Of a stretch of 64,000 nucleotides of DNA, positions 59,045-64,000 are shown piece by piece. Below the pieces are notes generated by a model that saw only the letters and a list, made by a program, of their open reading frames with translations, had not been told where the DNA came from and ran no database searches. The translations under genes and the position numbers were made by a program. The first letter of the stretch is position 1. Each line of letters starts with the position of its first letter. The stretch is from NCBI GenBank assembly GCA_963841425.1, contig CAWJCL010000002.1, positions 793,303-857,302 on the forward strand. The letters run 5' to 3'. This DNA comes from an uncultured Actinomycetes bacterium. Lineage in GTDB: Bacteria; Actinomycetota; Thermoleophilia; Gaiellales; Gaiellaceae.

Positions 59045-60308
59045 TCGATCCTTCCTCCTCCGCGAGGAGGGCGACGAGCGGGATGACCGCCAGCACCGGG
59101 ATCGCCACGACCGGCCAGATGACCGCGTAGCCGTCCGTCGAGCGGAAGTGGCTGTGGAAGATGTCGATCGCCGCTCCGGCCGCGAGCGGCCCGATGACGA
59201 GCCCGAGCCCCTTCGTCGTCGTCGCAAGGCCCGTGATCGTCCCGCGGTCTCTCGCCGGCATGACCTTGAAGAGGAGAGCCCAGGCGAGCGTCATCACGAC
59301 TCCGCCCGCCATCGCCACCGGAGCGATCAGCCCGTAGTACCACCAGTGCCAGGTCTGCGCGAAGCCGGCGACGAGGAGGCCGAGTCCGTAGACGACCGAG
59401 GCGCCGAGGATGACGTTCCCGACGCCGAATTCGTCGCCGAACTTCCCCGCAGCGAGTGCGGCCAGGACGTAGCCGGCCGCGACGACACCGAGCACCGTCG
59501 AGGAGACGTAGAGCGGCTGGTCGAGCCCGTCGATGATGTAGAGGACGACGAAGGTCCGCATCCCCGCGAAGGTCGCCTCCCAGGCCGTGTTGGCGATGAG
59601 GAAGCGGCGCACCTGCTTCTCGCGGCGGACGACGCGCCACGGCGCCCCAAGGATCGAGCGGAAGCGCTCGAAGCGGGTCGGCTCCACGTCCTTCTCGTGG
59701 ACGAGCACGACCACCGCGCCGCACGAGACCAGGGTGACGCCCGCCGCGAGGATGAAGGGGAAGGGCTCCCAGACCGAAAGGAGGAAGCCGCCGCCGACGA
59801 GCGCGGCGCCGAGCGCGGTCCCGCGCAGAACATGCTGGACACCCTGGGCCCGGCCGAAGTAGTTGTCCGGCACGAGGTCGGGATAGAGACCGCGGTAGGG
59901 CGGCTCGTAGATGTAGTAGGCGAAGAAGAAGCCGAAGAGGGCGAGCGCCGTCGCCTCAAAGCTCGGCATGAACGGGAGCAGCGCGAGCGAGACCGCCATG
60001 GGTACGAGCGCGAGCACCATGAAGGGCCGCCGCCGGCCGAGCGGGACGTGCGTCGCGTCGCTCATCGGCCCCACGAAGAGCGGCATGAAGAACGCGAAGA
60101 TGCCCTCAGCCGCCAGGACGAGCCCGATGAGCGTGGCCGAGTCGGTGAACTCGCCGAGGACCGGCGGGAGGTAGGCGGCGACCGTCGTGATCGACCACGC
60201 GAGCCCGAAGGCGCCGAGGCCGAGCGACCACAGGAGCCCGCGGACCGGAGTCTCGAGCGACTCCTCGACGGCGCGCGGGACGACCTGGAGGCGCGAGCGA
60301 TCAGGCAT
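59013..60308 (-). CDS. MFS transporter
   Basis: Starts at ATG 60308 and has 12 predicted TM-like segments. The upstream part of the track ORF belongs to the HAD gene. Confidence 0.8.
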   Translation of the reverse strand: MPDRSRLQVVPRAVEESLETPVRGLLWSLGLGAFGLAWSITTVAAYLPPVLGEFTDSATLIGLVLAAEGIFAFFMPLFVGPMSDATHVPLGRRRPFMVLALVPMAVSLALLPFMPSFEATALALFGFFFAYYIYEPPYRGLYPDLVPDNYFGRAQGVQHVLRGTALGAALVGGGFLLSVWEPFPFILAAGVTLVSCGAVVVLVHEKDVEPTRFERFRSILGAPWRVVRREKQVRRFLIANTAWEATFAGMRTFVVLYIIDGLDQPLYVSSTVLGVVAAGYVLAALAAGKFGDEFGVGNVILGASVVYGLGLLVAGFAQTWHWWYYGLIAPVAMAGGVVMTLAWALLFKVMPARDRGTITGLATTTKGLGLVIGPLAAGAAIDIFHSHFRSTDGYAVIWPVVAIPVLAVIPLVALLAEEEGSIRDRGTRRAS

Positions 60309-60984
60309 CGGTCTCGACTCCGATGAGAGCCGGGAGCGCGAGCAGGGTCGGCAGAGCGTCCTCGATCTCGGTGCGCCCGTCCCGGTCGACGAGATAGGCG
60401 CGCATGCCGAGCGCCGGGCGCCTTCGACGTCGTCCTCGAGGGAGTCGCCCACCATCACCGCGGCCTCGGGCGCGACACCCAGCTCGTCGAGGACGGACAT
60501 GAAGATCGTCGGGCTCGGCTTCACCTTCCCGTGCCGGCCCGACCAGATCCAGGCGTCTACAGGGAGCCTGAAGTGGTCGACGAACGCGCCGAGGTCGCGG
60601 CTCGTGTTCGAGACGAGCCCGATCTTCACGCCCCGCTCGCGGAGAAGGTCGAGGACGGGCAGGACGTCCTCGTAGAGCTCGAAGTTCTCGGACGCGAGCC
60701 AGCGGTCGGTGATCGCCTGGGCAACCGACCGGCACGACTCGCCCTGCTCCGCCCATCCCACGGACGATGTCCTCGGTGAAGCGGAGCCAGACCTCCTCGT
60801 CGTGCTCGAGCTCCGGGTGCTGCTTCAGGTCGAGGACGGCGGCGGCACGAGCCTCGGCGTAGCGCTCCGGGTCGAGGTCGAGGCCGAACCGCTTCCCCGC
60901 CTCGTGATACCCGCTCGGCCCGAGCAGGGGCCCCGGCTTGGCGAGGGTGAAGTCGACGTCGAAGAGGACGGCTTCGACAGTCAA
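60301..60984 (-). pseudogene. HAD family hydrolase with two compensating frame disruptions (possibly an artefact)
   Basis: The TTG 60984 start gives TVEAVLFDVDFTLAKPG (DxD motif). The frame changes near 60760 (...EDIV / GWAEQGE...LVSNTS...VGDSLEDDVEGAR) and returns near 60415 (ALGMRAYLVDRDG...). 684 nt is 228 codons. Confidence 0.7.
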
Positions 60985-61817
60985 ACGCCCGCCGGCGAGC
61001 GGTAGGCCGCCGGCTGGCGGTTGGCGAGCGCGGGCAGGCGGCGGCGGATGTCCTCCATCCGCGGGCGGTCGATCTCGGCCGAGATGACACAGTCCTCGTC
61101 CGGCGCCTCGGCGAGCACGACTCCCCAGGGATCGGCGATGAGCGAGCGCCCGTAGGCCGCCTTTCCGTCCGCGAACGAGCCCCACTGGTTCGCCGCCACG
61201 ACGTAGCACTGGTTCTCCACCGCACGGGCCCGGAGCAGGAGCTCCCAGTGGTCCTTGCCGGTGAAGAGCGTGAACGCCGCGGGCACGGTGACGACCTCGG
61301 CGCCCTCGACCGCGAGCACTCGGTAGAGCTCGGGGAAGCGGAGGTCGTAGCAGACGGTCAGCCCGAGCTTCCAGCCCTCGACCTCGGTCGTGACCGTGGC
61401 CTCGCCCGGCTCCTCGGTCTCCGACTCGCGGTACACCTGGCCACCCACCTCGACGTCGAACATGTGGATCTTGCGGTAGACGGCCTGGATCTCCCCCTGC
61501 GGGTCGAACACGACGCAGGTGTTCGAGAGCTTCTCCCGGCCCTCGCGCCGCTCGACGATCGACCCGCCGACAAGTGTGATGCCGTGTGTCCGGGCCCAGC
61601 CGCTCATGGCCTCGACGGTCTCGCCGTCCTCGAGGCTCTCGGCCAGGCCGCGCATCATCTCGGGCGGGCCGATCCCAGTCCACTTCTCCGGGAGAACGAC
61701 CAGGTCGGCCCCGGTCGCGGCCGCGCGGGCGACGAGGCCCTCCGCGCGCTCGATGTTCTCCGCCTTCGTATCGGTGGAGTTCAGCTGGACCGAGGCCACG
61801 CGAAGCCGGTCGGGCAT
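60981..61817 (-). CDS. carbon-nitrogen hydrolase (nitrilase superfamily)
   Basis: Starts at ATG 61817. E-K-C triad contexts (VLPEKW, YRKIHMFD, VCYDLRFPE). Confidence 0.85.
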   Translation of the reverse strand: MPDRLRVASVQLNSTDTKAENIERAEGLVARAAATGADLVVLPEKWTGIGPPEMMRGLAESLEDGETVEAMSGWARTHGITLVGGSIVERREGREKLSNTCVVFDPQGEIQAVYRKIHMFDVEVGGQVYRESETEEPGEATVTTEVEGWKLGLTVCYDLRFPELYRVLAVEGAEVVTVPAAFTLFTGKDHWELLLRARAVENQCYVVAANQWGSFADGKAAYGRSLIADPWGVVLAEAPDEDCVISAEIDRPRMEDIRRRLPALANRQPAAYRSPAGV

Positions 61818-61843
61818 GGGCTCAGGATAGCCTGGACAGGCGA

Positions 61844-62242
61844 ATGCGCACTCCCGCGGAGATCCTGGCCGACACGAGGACGATCGCTCTGGTCGGCGCA
61901 TCGCCGAGACCCGAACGGCCGAGCAACGGCGTCATGCGCTACCTGCTCGCCCAGGGCTACCGGGTGATCCCGGTGCGCCCGCACCGCACGGAGATCCTCG
62001 GAATTCGCTGTGTGGACTCCGTCGCGGACATCGAAGAGCCGGTCGACCTCGTCGACGTCTTCCGTCGTCCGGAGTTCTGCCCCGAAGTGGCCGAGCAGGC
62101 GGCAGCCGCAGGCGCGAAGGCGCTCTGGCTGCAGCTCGGCGTCGTCTCGCCGGAAGCGCGGGCGATCGCCGAGCGGGCCGGGATGGACTACGTCGAAAAC
62201 GCGTGCACCGCGGTCGTGCACCGGCTCCATGCACAAAGTTGA
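61844..62242 (+). CDS. CoA-binding protein (YccU/YneT-like)
   Basis: Starts at ATG 61844. Motif IALVGASPRPERPSNGV. Confidence 0.8.
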   Translation: MRTPAEILADTRTIALVGASPRPERPSNGVMRYLLAQGYRVIPVRPHRTEILGIRCVDSVADIEEPVDLVDVFRRPEFCPEVAEQAAAAGAKALWLQLGVVSPEARAIAERAGMDYVENACTAVVHRLHAQS

Positions 62243-62271
62243 AGACGTGCGTTGCCCGGCGGCATGGCTCC

Positions 62272-63030
62272 CTAGGCGCCCGCACGCGTCCGCTCCTCCT
62301 CAGGGATGAGCTTCACGACGAAGTAGAGGATCGCGGCGAGGAAGACGAACGCCTGCTCGACGTTCATGAAGATCCCGCCGAAGTTCTGGTCCCGCACGGC
62401 GGAGATCCCCCAGAGGCGCGGAGCGTCTGCGTAGAAGTCGTAGAACGGCGTCGAGGCGAATGTCAGCCCGAGGCCGAGGAACGTCGCGCCGACGAACGCC
62501 GCTCCCAGGTAGCCGATCTTGACAGGCGCCCCGATGTCGACCGGCTCGTCGGCGAGCACGGGCCACCAGAAGACGAAGCCCATGGCGATGAGCAGCAGGT
62601 GCTCGACGTTCAGCGTCCAGGCGTGCTCGAGCGCGAAGTCGTAGAAGAGCGCGAGGTGGATCGCGTACCAGCCGACGAGCCAGACCGGCAAGGCGATCCG
62701 CGGCCGGGTGAGAACGGCGAACGGTTTTCCGCCCGCGCGGGCGACCGAGGCGCGCATCGCCGGGGTCAGCCCGAGGACAAGGAGGGGCGGCGCCCAGTCG
62801 GCGATCATGACGTTCTGGAGCAGGTGGAAGAGGAGGAGGTAGTTGGCGGCGATCGTCTCCAGGGGCGAGTTGAGCGCTCCGGCGATCAGCAGGAGGCCGA
62901 CGGAGAAGAGGACGATCCGCCAGAGCGGAGGCCGCTCGGTCCGGGCCGCGCGGAAGTAGATGACCGCCGCCACCGCCGCGAGGACGAGGAAGAGCGGCTC
63001 GAGCGTGAACGCGGAGGGCGCGGGGCTCAC
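62272..63030 (-). CDS. cytochrome c oxidase assembly factor CtaG (caa3-type) family membrane protein
   Basis: Polytopic, with motif LLFHLLQNVMIADWAPPLL. Its GTGA overlaps the upstream paralog. Confidence 0.7.
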   Translation of the reverse strand: MSPAPSAFTLEPLFLVLAAVAAVIYFRAARTERPPLWRIVLFSVGLLLIAGALNSPLETIAANYLLLFHLLQNVMIADWAPPLLVLGLTPAMRASVARAGGKPFAVLTRPRIALPVWLVGWYAIHLALFYDFALEHAWTLNVEHLLLIAMGFVFWWPVLADEPVDIGAPVKIGYLGAAFVGATFLGLGLTFASTPFYDFYADAPRLWGISAVRDQNFGGIFMNVEQAFVFLAAILYFVVKLIPEEERTRAGA

Positions 63031-63884
63031 GCCGCGACGCGCTGGTCGTCCTCGGTGGGACGGAAGAGCCGGCGGTGCTGGGCGAGGAGCGTGAGCGCGA
63101 CGAATGTCCCGAGCGTGAGGAGCTGCTCGCCCATCATCACGAGGCCGGCGAGCCGCTGGTCCTCGAGCGGAGAGAGCCCCAGGAGCCGCTCCGGCTGCTC
63201 CGCGTAGCTCCCGTAGAGCGGGCGCATGGCGAAGATGAGGACATCGGCGAGAATCTGCCCGGCTGCGAAGAGCGCGATCGCGAGAGCGAGCTTCCCGGCG
63301 AGGGTCAGCTCACGGCGGCGGGCGGGATCGACCAGCTGGATCCACACGAGCATCCCGACGACGACGAACGAGAGGTGCTCCAGGTCGTGCACGACCTGGT
63401 GCGTGAGGGTGTAGTCGTAGGCCGCGGGCACGTGCCAGCCGGCGATCACGAGCGCCCAGAGCACCAAAGCCACCTTGGGATCGAGCAGGAAGCGGAGACC
63501 CGAGCGCAGCCAGCCCAACCGGGCGAGCCGGCCGAGGACCGCAGACGGGATGAGGAAGAAGGTCAAGGGCCCTCTCAGCGCCACGACTGCGAGCGCCACC
63601 GCGAGGTCTCCGATGATCACGTGCTGGAGCATGTGCGCGGAGAGGAGGTACTCCTCGCCGACGTAGTCGAGCGGCGAGACGAGCGCCAGGGTCCCGAGCG
63701 TGACCGCGAGCGCGAAGAGCGCGGCGCGATCCCAGCCTGCATGGTCCTTCCGGCCCCGCCGCCGAAGCCGGACGAACGCCTGACCGAAGAGCGCCAGGGC
63801 GAGCGCAGACCCGGCGAGAACCACAACCGGCGCCTCCCAGGCGGAGGCGATCGCCTCGTGGTGTCCGGCGTGCGCCAGGATCAA
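63027..63884 (-). CDS. cytochrome c oxidase assembly factor CtaG family membrane protein (paralog)
   Basis: Motif LSAHMLQHVIIGDLAVAL. The TTG start overlaps the upstream stop (TTGA). Confidence 0.7.
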   Translation of the reverse strand: MILAHAGHHEAIASAWEAPVVVLAGSALALALFGQAFVRLRRRGRKDHAGWDRAALFALAVTLGTLALVSPLDYVGEEYLLSAHMLQHVIIGDLAVALAVVALRGPLTFFLIPSAVLGRLARLGWLRSGLRFLLDPKVALVLWALVIAGWHVPAAYDYTLTHQVVHDLEHLSFVVVGMLVWIQLVDPARRRELTLAGKLALAIALFAAGQILADVLIFAMRPLYGSYAEQPERLLGLSPLEDQRLAGLVMMGEQLLTLGTFVALTLLAQHRRLFRPTEDDQRVAA

Positions 63885-64000
63885 GGAGCCGCGAGCACCT
63901 GGCCCAGCACCCAGAGCCCTGTGAAGGTGTACCCCACCATCAGCAGTATGAGCGGGACCTGCGCCGCCACGGCGCGCCGCGCGTTCACGTGCACCCCGAG
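63881..64000 (-). CDS. C-terminal end of a membrane protein (5' end outside window)
   Basis: The frame is open to the window edge. It ends in a hydrophobic tail ...VPLILLMVGYTFTGLWVLGQVLAAP-stop. Confidence 0.3.
   Translation of the reverse strand, partial: LGVHVNARRAVAAQVPLILLMVGYTFTGLWVLGQVLAAP

Overview
High-GC, very compact chromosomal segment; the largest intergenic gap is about 230 nt. Hand counts of two 100-nt samples gave 68 G+C at 34001-34100 and 57 at 39601-39700. It is almost entirely housekeeping. The gene order matches the conserved Actinobacteria/Firmicutes block, nearly all on the minus strand: tilS-hpt-ftsH-folP-folB ... folK-DUF2469-coaX ... greA-lysS ... clpC ... radA-disA-carD-ispD-ispF ... 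cysS-rlmB-yacP-sigH-tRNA-Thr. This fits a deep-branching actinobacterium (a Thermoleophilia/Rubrobacteria-like guess), which cannot be confirmed from this window. I found no CRISPR array, rRNA, transposase, integrase or recognisable defence system. The observations most worth a second look are: (1) a 2.05-kb block (rlmB 5' end, cysS, ZIP transporter) with ten same-direction single-nucleotide frame disruptions, while neighbouring genes are intact, plus a second smaller case in a HAD hydrolase; (2) a 1188-aa cytoplasmic fusion of a class III nucleotide cyclase, a STAND ATPase, helical repeats and a family-5 solute-binding domain; (3) a Bacillus-type SigH sigma factor and YacP in firmicute-like synteny; (4) a synonymously recoded copy of the last nine disA codons lying 43 nt downstream of disA; (5) a 334-aa minimal GluRS-like gene; (6) two convergent secreted protease genes of lower GC splitting the folate operon. 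Many long ORFs in the supplied track are antisense or out-of-frame artefacts of the GC bias and were not called.
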